From contig NC_068984.1 of NCBI RefSeq assembly GCF_001194135.2, positions 62,498,878-62,562,877 of the forward strand: a stretch of DNA of 64,000 nt, written 5' to 3'. Below are positions 1 through 12,893 of this stretch, piece after piece (the stretch's first letter is position 1; every line of letters starts with the position of its first letter). A model generated the notes under the pieces. The model saw nothing but the letters and a program-made list of their open reading frames with translations. It did not search any database and was not told the DNA's origin. Origin of the DNA: Octopus bimaculoides. Its lineage: Eukaryota. The position numbers and the translations under genes were made by a program.

Positions 1-296
1 TTTCAGCAATTACCGTTGCTTCATGAGTTAAGATTTGTTCGAAATTCAGCTCTTTACGGACTTGCTACACTATTAGTATATATAAGCTTTCGTCACTTTT
101 AGTGACAATTATAATTCGCCTTATTTGTGAAACGTTGCAAACTGTTTATGTTAATTTTATGTATACATATTAGCGAGTCGCTACACTATCTATTAATTTA
201 GATGACAAAAACACATATACTAATAGCGAAACAAATCTGAAAAGCGCCGAACTTTCGAGCCAGTCTTAACTGATAAAGCAACGGAAATTGCTGAAA
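1..296. repeat. Foldback/MITE-like element with long imperfect inverted arms (about 1-95 vs 200-296); left end may be cut by the window edge
   Basis: The reverse complement of 1-21 (AAGCAACGGTAATTGCTGAAA) matches 276-296 at 20/21. Similarity continues inward (TTTCGA..TCTTAACT; ATATACTAATAG..CAA.TC). Confidence 0.7.
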
Positions 297-535
297 TTGA
301 TATCAATATTAAGAATTCGCGATCGACATTATTTGGAAGATTAAGGTCTCTGTTAGTGTATATGCTTGCATTTATGCGCGTTGACTGCAGCATTAAAGTA
401 TTTAGCTGTTATTTCTAGCAATGTAGGTGTTTCTAACACCCTAATCTAATTTAGTGACAATTATAAATCTCACTTTTGGTGAAACATTGCAAACTGCGGT
501 TGATATTAATTATATATACATATATACATACATAC

Positions 536-602
<67 letters not shown>

Positions 603-881
603 CATATACACTGTTATATTGAAACCCTCCCCCCAAAAAAACTTCAACTGTTACAAAACGTTTCAAGAAAACCGTTACGTCGTTACGTGAAACTCTGATT
701 CAGTTTCTGCAGTTCTAATCGGATTCAATAAAACAACATTTAACTCTACCTTTGGTATCTGAGTACAGTTTTTCCCCACCTTGTGTTGTACGTGTTGGAC
801 ACTCTAGCCGATAACTGGTAAGGATTTGGTGACCTTCTGTGTCTGTTCTCCGATTGTGTGTGCATTTATATGTTTTTTAAC

Positions 882-925
<44 letters not shown>

Positions 926-1082
926 GTGTGTGTGTGTGTATGAACATATATATATACATATATATATAATTTTGGGACTGCCATGTTGGCTTGGCGATAA
1001 CTATTAATTNNNNNNNNNNTAACTATTAATTTCCAGTACCGCTGCCGTAGTCTCCTTTAGAGAGACTTAGAAATATTAATAA

Positions 1083-1116
<34 letters not shown>

Positions 1117-2733
1117 CTGTATATCAAAATAAGCAACAAGGATATCCAAAGTTAATGCAGTGCGATCGTTTTATGCGACTCCATTTATTTAAGCAATGTG
1201 AACATTACACTAAATGTAAAATACAGAGCAATCCTCAGATGCACAAAGATATAGAAATTTGCTGAAATTTTATTTCAACAGAAGGACATATCTTTATAAC
1301 TACATTTAAACTCTCCAAGTAGAAAGGAAGAACACAAAAAAAATAATAAAATAAAAATATTTTGACTTAGCCAGACCATACAGGCTAGTAATTAATTCTA
1401 AGCAAATTTTTAACTGTCACTGATTTTATTTGCTTTTTTTTTGTTTCTGATTTATGGATCATCTTATCACACTTAGTAATTCAAAGCTTAAGAGGGCACT
1501 AGGATTTTCTTTGTAGGGAAATGGAAAGGGGTAAACAATATAGACATTAAACATGGATGATATTGTTATAAAATTTCTTTGGGTTTAGTGACAAACTACT
1601 ATAGGTGGGGGGTTTCCTACTAGCAGACCAGTTTATAATGGAGCAGGGGAAGTTTTAACATAAGGCACCTAGGTCAAAAGTATATAAAATGAAGTTGCTA
1701 TATTGTGTACAGATACAGTAAATGTTTATTTATAGTTTTCATTAATCAGAATAATGTATCCGTATTGTTTTACATATGCTAAGTTTGAAATACTTGAGAA
1801 ATACCAATATTTGCTTAATTAATATGTGAATAAATAAAAGTTAATTACAAATTAATAATGAAATAAAAAGAAATAGTGTATAGTAATATAAATAATCAAT
1901 TAATGCTGTATGCAAAAACCATGAAGTGGTATTAATTGAAAATGCTATGGTAAAGTACATTTATACTTATTTACACCAACATAAAGAACCATAGATAAGA
2001 TGGGAAATTAAAATTTGTTCATATATAACTGGACTAAAATTTTAAAATTAAACTTATATATCTAATATCATTTAAAGACACATAAGAGATAAAATTTATT
2101 ATATAACTAATATAAAGAATTGATACATAGGATTTACATGGTTTATAATGATGAACTCATCAAAGTTTAAGAAACTGGTAAAATGAATGATTGGAATTAA
2201 CATGGAATATAATGGTGAACTAAACTATTAATAGAGAACATGATAATTATGCACTAATTTAATTAGATCGTACTATCTTAAATTATCAGGAACTTGTGTT
2301 AACTAACATGGGCTAAGTATAAAATAATAATGGAACAAGGATTAGATTTATTTAAGTCACCCATAAAATAACAATAATGATACTACAACAACAATGGAAT
2401 AACATGAATCCTTTAAGTCAGGCATCAAATGAAATTTTAAAAGTTTTAAAAACTATTTGAAACTATTAATAAATTTCAAAACATCCTATTCATTAAAGTT
2501 AAGTAAGATACACACTAAACTAACAGCAATAGCAAAAGTGATATGAAAAAAAATTAAGTAAAACCATATACCATTCATGGATAAAGTTAAAATTTTAGTT
2601 TTTAAAGGAGGATTATACATTAAGATGAGATATCAAAAATATGGTATAAAAGTTCAATTTCAATTTAAATATGTACTAATTATAGTTTAAGATAAACATG
2701 GTAGATATTCAAATACCACACCATATAAGTTTG

Positions 2734-3976
2734 CTACTTTTTAAAACATTTGAAAGTGCGAGTGGAACAGTGTACACACAATACTCTAAGGTCTAATTTG
2801 TTATTAATCAGGTTAGCATTGCTTCTGAGTTTAGAAATTTCATATGTTTCCATGGAACATAGTTCACATCCATATCTGCTATTTCTATAAGGTTAAGATT
2901 TTCTTATAATTTCCCATTTAAGGCTAAAACTGGTAGACTTTCCTTTAATTTCCAAATTTTATTTGATAACGACGTACAATCAGCCGTATGTTTAAATCTA
3001 AAAGATGACAAGTGGTTATATATACACTGTTTCAAATTAATCGTACATCCAAAGTAAATATAATTATCAGTTATAGTACTTATTGTGCATTTATATACTA
3101 CGTTTCTTGTGAGTCATCGGCCTAATAATGGACAATGTGACTTATTTCTACAATTGCAACTAGTGGAACCATCAACAACACCAATATTATTACTAAGATT
3201 TAAATTATTGTTACAATTATTCGCATTGATATTATTTCCCCTATTATCAATTCTGTTATCAGGCTTATTATGATCACTTCTGTTACTATCTAACTCTATT
3301 TCCATCGTGCTATCAGATAGAATCATTCCCGCAGCATCAGGCATACTGATATTTTCTATTTCCATATATGAACTAGACCCATAATCCACATTATTATCAT
3401 TAGAGGTGCTACTACTATTTATTTCAATTGTACTTCCAGCATCAATACCACTATATTCATTATGTTTGTTTAAGTTATGGTTGACAGAACTAAGGATATT
3501 GCTGTTACCTTCATAATTGCTATTGTTATTGTTATTTCCACTTCCATTTCCATAATTATTGGTAATGCTATTATTGTCATTGTTATGTTCTTTCTATTTA
3601 ACCTAGCTATGATTGTATCTATATTAGATGTTGAGTATGAGATTTGGACAGTATTACATGAAAAGATTCTACTATATCTGTGTGAAGAAGGGAAATTTTC
3701 TTGTAAAATAGCTATAAATTTTTGCATTTATTCGTGGATATTGCACAGTTGAAAGGGGATATTGGATCAGGCAGGATTTATTGTGTGAGTGAGTACAGGA
3801 TACCTTTTGATTACCATTATTCTCTTGGACAATATTATGATTTATAGTTTTGCATATATTTTTTGTGGAATCCCTATTATTTTGTAGAGTAACTATATCA
3901 TTTACTTTGCCATTTCTTTTATCTAACCTAGGTTTTTTGCTAGTATTAGTATGTAGTTTCATATAAAAATATACTC

Positions 3977-4051
<75 letters not shown>

Positions 4052-4158
4052 TTAAAATATCAGGTATGTAGGATAGTTTTTTCATTTAGTATTTCATCAC
4101 CACTGATTAAGTTAGTAGACTTACTATTACTAACATCATTATTAATTTCTCTATCAAA
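2734..4158 (-). mobile_element. Penelope-like element remnant: RT-EN linker plus C-terminal GIY-YIG endonuclease, with stops and frameshifts
   Basis: Minus-strand translation across frameshifts: SPFN..ISTN / KFIAILQENFPSSHRYSRIFSCNTVQISYS / CNCRNKSHCPLLGR*LTRNVVYKCTIS..YIYFGCT..NHLSSF..SLSNKIWKLK / KWEIIRK / PYRNSRYGCELCSMETYEI, with the stop at 2734-2736. The sequence is cut upstream by the gap at 4159-4476. The AT-rich stretch from about 1370 to 2733 may be its 3' UTR. Confidence 0.85.
3978..4051. repeat. (ATT)n microsatellite inside the PLE remnant. It stands for dozens of (TA)n, (CA)n, (GA)n, (TAGA)n and (AAT)n tracts throughout the window.
   Basis: Direct inspection. Other long tracts include 513-600, 11415-11535, 14577-14668, 15558-15618, 21615-21688, 28361-28432 and 37256-37368. 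Confidence 0.98.
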
Positions 4159-7052
4159 NNNNNNNNNNNNNNNNNNNNNNNNNNNNNNNNNNNNNNNNNN
4201 NNNNNNNNNNNNNNNNNNNNNNNNNNNNNNNNNNNNNNNNNNNNNNNNNNNNNNNNNNNNNNNNNNNNNNNNNNNNNNNNNNNNNNNNNNNNNNNNNNNN
4301 NNNNNNNNNNNNNNNNNNNNNNNNNNNNNNNNNNNNNNNNNNNNNNNNNNNNNNNNNNNNNNNNNNNNNNNNNNNNNNNNNNNNNNNNNNNNNNNNNNNN
4401 NNNNNNNNNNNNNNNNNNNNNNNNNNNNNNNNNNNNNNNNNNNNNNNNNNNNNNNNNNNNNNNNNNNNNNNNNNNNATATATATACATAAAGCATACATC
4501 TATGTATGCTTACATGTATTTGTGTGTATGTGTTAGTGTGTGAGTATGTATGCAGGCTACCAAATGTCGATGTCGTAAAAACTAAAACATAAGATAATTT
4601 CGCGATGATCATCCTGGCTCACTGCGCTCTAAGTTCAAATCCTATCAACTTCGACTGTCTCTTTCATTGGTTTTCCACACAATAAATAAAATACTAGTTC
4701 CGTACTGGCGTCATTTTTATTTTATCCTTTTTAATTCATCGTTTCTGGTTGCTTATGTATCTCAGTTTCTGGGAAAAATTGTCACTGATACAATCTTGTG
4801 TGGAAGTGGTCACTGATATTTCTAAAATTTCCAAAGACCGGCCGTGTATACACAAGGGTATCCACATAACTTGTACGAGTTGATTATCCACTTAAAGGTA
4901 AGGCACCTCCTCTCCCAAACTGACAAATACACTCATACATACACATATGAAGATATGAAATTATACTGTTCATTGTTTCTATTATCGTTAGACCTAGGCC
5001 ACTATAAAACTAAAGTTCAGTCAATTACATCTCCTAGTATTTAGACATTAAGGTTTGACGTCACTAGACTTTTCCTGCTATTTACAGCTGGATGAGAGAT
5101 CACCAAGAAAAACTCCTTTGTTAGTGCAATGTATGTATACTTGCAGGCATACATGTGTGTGTGTGTGTGTGCTTATATATATGTGTGTAAACGCTCTGTT
5201 TACTTTTCTCTCTGTCAAACATTCAATCGCAAACCTTTCTCTTTATCCACACCTCTCTCTTCTTGTGTCATCATCGATAATGTGTCGTGTATGTGGAATC
5301 AGTCAACAGCAAACAATAATTTTTAAACTAATTAATATACTGCAATTGAATTTAATTTAATTCCAAAACAAGAGTCAACGAAAACATCAGTTATTAATGT
5401 TTTAACAACAGTATCATTACAATTTTATATCAATATATTCAACCTCAGAGATTTGTTATTAAATAAAACAAGTCCTGGGAGACCAATGAAAAGAATAATG
5501 TGTATTTTCTGCCGGCAATATTTACACACTAACTGTCACTCTCATCATCTATACCATAGCTACATAGTGTTTTTTTTTTACTGAACTATTTGACTTGAAT
5601 TATAAAGCTGGTGATAATATTGGTTATTATTTCCTTTGTTAGTAGTCAGTACTATTCGAGAAGTCTTCTGATTAATCATTTTTGGGTGTAAACAATCCAC
5701 TTTTGTTACAGACGTATATGTAGATATATATGTTTCCGTCCCTGTTTGACGCAATAGATTTTTATTCAAAAGAAATTTAGCTACTATTTCAAACAAGTTA
5801 AACGAATGCTTGCATACTGCTTCCTTACCCGGATAGACACTCTTTCTGGCTTTGGAGAATCTTTCATCAGTTTATTCTCACTTGCTTTATTATAGAATCT
5901 GCGAATCTATGGACATTTCAGTGAATCCATATGACTCTACTAATCTCTTTTGTTTATTTTAACAGCTATTTTAAACATATTTGAAAGCATTACGCCAAGC
6001 ATTCATGACCTTGTAGTTATGTTTATATGAAAGACTATGCACTTATAAATATTGCTTACGTTTGTAAGGAGATATCTCTTTGGAAAAAAGGATAAATATC
6101 TTGCATCTATTTTAGCATATGTGATGTCTTGATTTTAAAGATATATTTTAATAAAAGGGAAATTAAACTTCATCAGAATTCAAAATCATGATGTAACGGA
6201 AAAATACATAATGCTGTTAGTAGTTCACTTGGCAATCTAGTATTTCTCCTACAGCGCTATATTCTCCTCTTTTCTTCCGTATAGATTTATCATATGAGGA
6301 CATGGTCATACATTTACAGGTAGTTGTACGCGATTAATGGTAATATATTCCTGATAGTTAGCTTGTTGCCAGAGTTGAGAAGAGAGAAAATATGACACCG
6401 GCTGCATTAGTATACATATTGTATAGGAACAAAATGAACGAGCCGCTGTTGGAAATTACTTAGGAACACTACTCTTTGTACCAACCTGACCAGCTTTATT
6501 AGTGCTAATACATTTATTAAACCATGCTTGTATATTTCAAAATTCAGGCATTTAAACTTTAATCTCTGGTGTTCTTAATTCTCTTTTTACTTCTCTCATT
6601 CCATTGATTTTTGCTACTTTCTTCCTCCTAGAAATTTGATATTTGGGATATATTGATGTTTACATGAGTGCATGCATAAGTTGTGCTTAGAGACTTTAAA
6701 GAACGGCTTCAAAGGTATAGACTGTATGTCTCACTATCGCGTGCAATATCACAACTCAATCTAACATTATATATTTCCAAAATCATTATAATCGCCACTG
6801 TCATCCTCAGCTTTCATGTGGCATGCATTTAATAACAAGCTTTCTCAGTTTTAAAGAATAACGTTGTACGTTGTTTTCCGATTTCATTATCGAACGAACT
6901 GCTTGTTTATAAATTCACAGACCGTAAGTTAAAGACTTCTTCAACTATCATCATCGATTCGATGACGCTTTGTTATCATATTTATTTTCTGCTTTGGGAG
7001 CTGGGTTATTTTGTTTTATTTCATAGCATTTTCTCTAAAATCTATATCTAGA

Positions 7053-7943
7053 TACGAGGAGGTACCCAAAAGTAACCGGAAACGTTCGCTGTGGGATAAG
7101 ACCATTGTAGTTCAGGCTTCTGCCGCTAGAAGCCACTTGATGCAACTCTCAGGCATTGGTTTGCCGACCGACGTTGTTTGGTGGTGTCATGCTGCAACGT
7201 GGTGCGTCTTTGTTTTGCAGTATTTCTCCCCTGTCCGTCGATTTTTTGCGATGGCGGAAACGAAGGAACAGCGTGCTTCCGCGAAATTCTGTTTTCTGCT
7301 GGAGAAAACGGCGGCTGAAACATTCTTTAAACAGCTTACAAGGACGCTGCCATGAGCAAAATACAAGTTTACGAGTGGTTTTCACGCTTTAGGAATGTTA
7401 ACATGTCGCTTGAAGACCAATCTCGTTCAGGCCGATCGTCGACCTTCCGGACGAATGAAAGCATCGCGAAAATTCATGAACTGATCTTGGAGATCCATCA
7501 CTGAACAATTGGTGAACGTGTTAATATGGTTTGAGTGTCCTGGAGCTCCTGTCAACGAATTTTGAGCAAGGAATTACGAATGAAAAGAGTTGCAGCAAAA
7601 TTTGAGTCTCACTTGCTCACGGAAGATCAAAAGCAGTCACAACTGAATGCACATCTGGAAGTTGATCCGGACCTTTATTAGAAGGTCATCATTTGTGACC
7701 AAAGCTGGTGCTACAGAATTTGCAGATGTGGAAGAAGTGAAGATAAAAAAAAAACGACGGAGAAGTTAAAATGTACCACATCGCAAGAGTTCCAGCATTG
7801 TTTCGAACAGTGGAAAACGCGTCTGGGCCGATGCATTGCTTCAAATAGAGAATAATTTGGAGGCGTTAAAATAATAAACATGTAAAAGTAAATGAATAGA
7901 ATAATATTGCAAAATTCCGGTTTCTTTTGGGTACCCCCTCATG
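7053..7943 (+). mobile_element. Internally deleted mariner, irritans/Himar-like, with both TIRs
   Basis: Left end TA-CGAGGAGGTACCCAAAAGTAACCGGAA pairs with right end TTCCGGTTTCTTTTGGGTACCCCCTC. Broken transposase: EQRASAKFCFLLEK..QVYEWFSRFR..RSGR..MKRVAAKF..LLTEDQK..ICDQSWCY, then a deletion to the C-terminal FQHCFEQWKTRLGRCIAS. Confidence 0.9.
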
Positions 7944-8805
7944 CTGACCCACATCAATTTCCGAATATTGCTACACAGAGCACTACTGTTTATTGTAGTA
8001 TATGCTAAAAAGTACACAGGATAATTCAGTGAACTAAAATGAAATAACATAAAGCTCTTGAACAATCCCATCCAACTGACAAAAATAAGGTTGCAAACGC
8101 ATGATAAGGCTTCACCGAAAGGCGTGGGATTTTTCAACAGATACATTGTATTTCATTTTACTCTAGTTAATGATGCTTAGTATGGTTACTTTTTAATGAT
8201 GCCGATTGGTTTCAATCGCTTAAATAAACGATTTAGTCATGTTGAAATAAATTAAATACCATTGATATCTCATGATAATAATCCTGATACTTCTATCTCT
8301 CTTCTTTTTTCTTTTTTCCTTTTCCCTTTCTTCTTCTCTTCTTTCCTTTTTCCTTTCATTTTCCCCCCTTTCTTTTTCTCCTCTTTCAGTTATATCTAGA
8401 ATATACTCATTCCAAACATTCACTTTTGGAGGGAATTTTTTGATAACGTGTAGGTCTGTATGAAAATACATTAGTATAATATTTGCAAATTAACAATTCG
8501 AAAAATCAATCAGTAAGTAAAATAAAACGAATNNNNNNNNNNNNNNNNNNNNNNNNNNNNNNNNNNNNNNNNNNNNNNNNNNNNNNNNNNNNNNNNNNNN
8601 NNNNNNNNNNNNNNNNNNNNNNNNNNNNNNNNNNNNNNNNNNNNNNNNNNNNNNNNNNNNNNNNNNNNNNNNNNNNNNNNNNNNNNNNNNNNNNNNNNNN
8701 NNNNNNNNNNNNNNNNNNNNNNNNNNNNGAAACACATTTGGAATAAAGAATTCAAATTCTCCACTTTACCTTCAAACATTCAATTTTAGGGAGGATTCTT
8801 TGATG

Positions 8806-8844
<39 letters not shown>

Positions 8845-8990
8845 CGTGCGTGTGCGTGTGCGTGTGCGCTTGTGTGGTTGGGAATATTCCATGTTTATAC
8901 TGTGTAACTTCGATCAGGCCTCTTTTAATTCCATGATTTTGCGTTAGAGAGCATAAATATAACACAAAACGTACTGTCTCGGCTTTTCTT

Positions 8991-9545
8991 TCAAACATTC
9001 AACTTTGGAGAGAATTTTTTGATGAAATGTAGTTCTATTGCTTTTCGGTATTGCGGATCGTCCCGTTCACACTTGTAAAAAGGAAAAATTTTGAATTTTC
9101 CGTGGCCGATGTTTACTTAATGGAATCTTGAGTAATTCTTCTTGTCGGATATGTTGCCTGTGGATACTTGCACGTTAGCAGAGGGGATTATTTATTTCAC
9201 CATTGTAATTTTCTTTACAGTTTGGGAAGGTAATGCAGTATATGAGGTTTTGCGTTTTGCAGTTCATATCTGTATTTATTTTTGAAAAGGGATCCATTCT
9301 TAAACTTTATGTGGGAACCACTTTCCAAGTATTTGAAGTTGTTGATATTGTTACATGTTCTACATCTATCTCCACATTCTTTTACTAAGAATTCGGATTC
9401 ATTCTCGGATTTGAATTCTACCCTTGTGAGATGTTTTGTATGTTTTTTTGGTTGGCGTCTGCTATTCCGCAAGGTGTTTTTTTTCAATCAGAGTTTTCAT
9501 TTTGAGGCCTTGTAGGAGTGTAGGTAAGTTTTCATTAACTTTTTC
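8991..9545 (-). mobile_element. Second-type Penelope-like element 3' remnant (Cys-rich linker plus GIY-YIG)
   Basis: NSRRQPKKHTKHLTR..VKECGDRCRTC..FKNG..; after a frameshift CKTQNLIYCITFPNCKENYNGE..HRQHIRQ; then YRKAIELHFIKKFSPKLNV* with the stop at 8991-8993. Confidence 0.85.
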
Positions 9546-10334
9546 CTTAGGTGTGCGCAGTTGGGTGATATTCTAAATATAACACAAAGAGCAGATAAAG
9601 AACTGAGGAAAAAGGAAGGGAAAAGGAAAGAAAAGAGGAAAAGAAAAAAAGGATAAAAGAGAAAAAAGAAGAGAGATAGAAAGAAAGCAAACAGACTTTC
9701 AGTGATGANNNNNNNNNNTTTTCCTTTTTCTCACCATCCTTAAACCCATTCCAATACAAGAGTAAAGGAAAAAAAATGAATGAATGGTGAATAGGAAGGT
9801 GGATTCCCTTCTCGCTCTCTTTCCCTCTAACCATCTCTCTCTCTCTCTCTCTATCTTTCTACCAGCCTATCTACCTACCTATATTTCTATCTATCCATCT
9901 CCATTGTCTTGGAACCTAATCCCCCCCCCAAAAAAAACAATGTTCTTTCTAAACAACCCCACCACAAAAAAAAACCCATCTGTTTTATATGAATGAACAA
10001 GCTGTTTATAATAATGAAGAAATAAAAGGATTTTTTCCAAAATTCTGACGACTATTTTTCTCAATATTCAATTCTATACATCACACCTAACACTCTATAC
10101 ATATATATATATTAAGTATATGGTTTAACTTATTAAACAAAGTACAACAAATTCAATCATATTTTACGTAAATGGATGCGATTAGATGCTAATATGGATG
10201 ATAATTTTTTTTTAGTCATGTAACTATACAATCGTTTCAAAAATGAGTAAGAACACCAAACCTATGTAATACTAACGTCTTTTTAGCTTTTTTAAAATTT
10301 TCGGCTACTGACGAGAACTTTTCGATAACGCAGA

Positions 10335-10908
10335 TTATCCCGTCGTAATTGTTAAGGAACTAGCAGAGAAACATGGATTTGGTCATTCAACCATTCATCG
10401 ACACCTGCGTGCGATCGGAAAAGTCAGCAAATTGGGTCAATGGGTTGCTCACAAATTTTTCGAATCTAATCGCGTGCAGAGAGTGAATGTGTTCTCTTCT
10501 TTGTTGTCACGTCTCACGAATAAACCTTTTCTGGACCGTTAGCAACTGGTGATGAGAAATGGGTTCTCTATAAAAATGTAAAGCGCTGCAGACAGTGGAT
10601 AGAGAATGGAGAAACACTGTGTCCCTAGGCTAAAGAAGGTCTTCACACACGCAAAGTTGTTGTTATATGTTTGGTGGGATATGAAATATTTAGTCCACTT
10701 TGAACTTGCAAACCCAAACGAAACCATAACAAAGGAGATCTACTGCGAGCAGCTTGAACGGCTTCAATCAGAGCTAGAAGAAAAACGACCATTATTGGTT
10801 TCAAGACGAAAGGTGTTCTTTCATCAGAATGATACTCAGCAACATGCAGAGAAGACATTCCAAATGCTGGCGCAGTTTGAACGGGAAACGATGCCCCACC
10901 CACCATCG
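10335..10908 (+). mobile_element. Mariner (DD34D, SETMAR/Hsmar1-like) transposase fragment, truncated at a (GT)n tract
   Basis: STIHRHLRAIGKVSKLGQWVAHK..FLDR..TGDEKWVLYKN..VWWDMK..ETITKEIYCEQLERL..KRP..FHQND..MPHPP. Confidence 0.85.
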
Positions 10909-11455
10909 TGTGTGTGTGTTTGTGAGTGTGTGAGCATGCAGAAAATATAGAATGGTGTGTGTATGTGTTTGTGTATATATATCATATAACACACAAATAT
11001 TCAATCCGAACTGGTTGAAAAACATAACAACTACTTCTGTTATATAATCAGTAATCCAAGTACGTCTTTTTATTTTTCTTGTGGCTGGGACTGCTTCGGT
11101 TGCGGTTAAAAGGCAATATCTATCATATGCAACTTTCTTTTGGCAATTCTGCATTGTCGGAATCACAACGAATGATGAACAGAATTATTGGCCAGTTTTG
11201 CAGTTTCTATCGAATAAATTAATATTAAATTAGTACTTTGTGTTATAACAAAAGATTTTCTTCTAAGTAGGAATGAATATTACATTTTGTTATTAATACT
11301 GATTCCCACGCTATTAATTATGTTTTTTTTTTAATAAATGTTGTTACAGTTTACTATATTCAGTTTGTGCATTATTTTAAATATACTTATTCTCTATACA
11401 TTATGTGTACACCCCCCACACACACACATGCACACACGCACACGCACGCACACAC

Positions 11456-11526
<71 letters not shown>

Positions 11527-11536
11527 CGCACGCACA

Positions 11537-12801
11537 TCAAGTCCTTAAGAATGAAATGTCCGATTTTGAACTGAAAGTTTATTTTACTTTCTCTAAACTA
11601 AAAGCAATGCAGTTACTCAAAGTATGCATCTAAATTATCAACACAATTTTGCCATTTTGTCGGTAGCTTATTTATGCCGACAGCGAAAAATTCTGGAGAG
11701 CAAGAAGTGATGAAATAATGAAAGGCTGTTTTTGCATCTCCTTCAGACTTGAAGTTTTCTCTTTGCAAAGAGTTGTCTCATGCCTGGATAACGTGACTGT
11801 CAGTTGGTGCAAGGTCTGGTGAATATGATGGATGACAGATTACTAGCAAGTTCAGTTCTTGTGACTTGAGTAGCTTTCTTTGTGCAACATGTGGTCGAGC
11901 ATTGTCTTGCAAGAGAATCGGCCTGTCTCTTTCGACCTATCTCGGCTACTTAATTGCGATTTCACTCATCATTTCATCTAGTTGGCTGATGTATATATCG
12001 GCTGTAATTGACTTAGCAGGTTTCATGAAGCTGTACTGGATGACACCAGCGTTGGACCACAACATAGACACCATTAACATTTTTTGGTGAAAATTTCTTT
12101 TTGGATTGTGTTTTGTCACTTCGTCTCTATCTAATCACTGTGCAGAACGCTTGCTATTATTGAAAAGAATCCATTTTTATCACACGTAACAACACGATGC
12201 AAAAATTCTTCGTTTTTATGCTGTGATAGCAAAGAACAGCAAGTTTCAAGACGACGTGTCATTTGATGCTCGTTCAGTTCGGGTGGTATCTACTTGTTCA
12301 GCTTCTTTATCTTGCCGATTTGCTTCAGATGGTTGAATACAGCTAGAATAGAAACATCAAACCTTGCTACTACCTCACATGTAGTTTGAGATGTATCCGC
12401 TTCCACTACAGTTTCCAGTTCATCATTATCCACCTTGGTGTCAGGTCTACCACGGGGTTGATTTTCAAGAGGAAAATCACCAGACCGGAACTTCTTAAAC
12501 CATCGACGCATAGTGGGCTCATTCGCCACATCTTCACCAAACACCTCATTGATGTTTTGAGCTGCCTGGGATGCATTGGTTACACAACGGAACTCATATT
12601 CATAAACAACACGAAATTTTGATCTCCACATGAGTTCAGAAAAAATTGATTTACAAGAGAAAACTCACAATATAATCAGAACCATGAACTGTGTTTCTAA
12701 AAGTGATGTAAAACAAAGAATTGTCAGGATAAAACATTAGAGGTAATGACTGTCAAACTTAGTGCATAAGAAAATCGAACATTTCATTCTTAATATCCTG
12801 A
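11537..12801 (-). mobile_element. Near full-length decayed mariner (cecropia/Hsmar1-like) lying between (CA)n tracts
   Basis: TIR core TTAAGAATGAAATGT(C/T)CGATTTT at 11545-11567, inverted at 12771-12793. ORF 12290-12631 is the HTH region (YEF..AAQNINEVFG..RRWFKKFRSGDF..RGRP). Frameshifted VVTCDK and catalytic-domain remnants follow. Confidence 0.9.
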
Positions 12802-12835
12802 CACACACACATATATATATATATATATGTATACA

Positions 12836-12893
<58 letters not shown>

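Noticed and set aside
753-763. TGGTATCTGAG, similar to a tRNA-Met primer-binding site after an AATAAA
   Set aside because: There is one mismatch, the spacing from a CA end is wrong, and there is no second LTR or gag/pol remnant.
998-1031. 12-bp direct repeat TAACTATTAATT resembling a target-site duplication
   Set aside because: It flanks a 10-N gap exactly, which is a typical contig-overlap artefact.
1370-2733. Very AT-rich stretch initially resembling a mitochondrial insertion (NUMT)
   Set aside because: I recognised no mitochondrial gene, rRNA or tRNA motif. It lies directly 3' of a PLE stop codon and is better explained as the element's UTR.
5500-6700. A-rich minus-strand stretch that might be a decayed LINE endonuclease region, containing two CTGATGA words
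   Set aside because: There are no ordered diagnostic motifs beyond a weak INLYG, and the CTGATGA sites lack stems.
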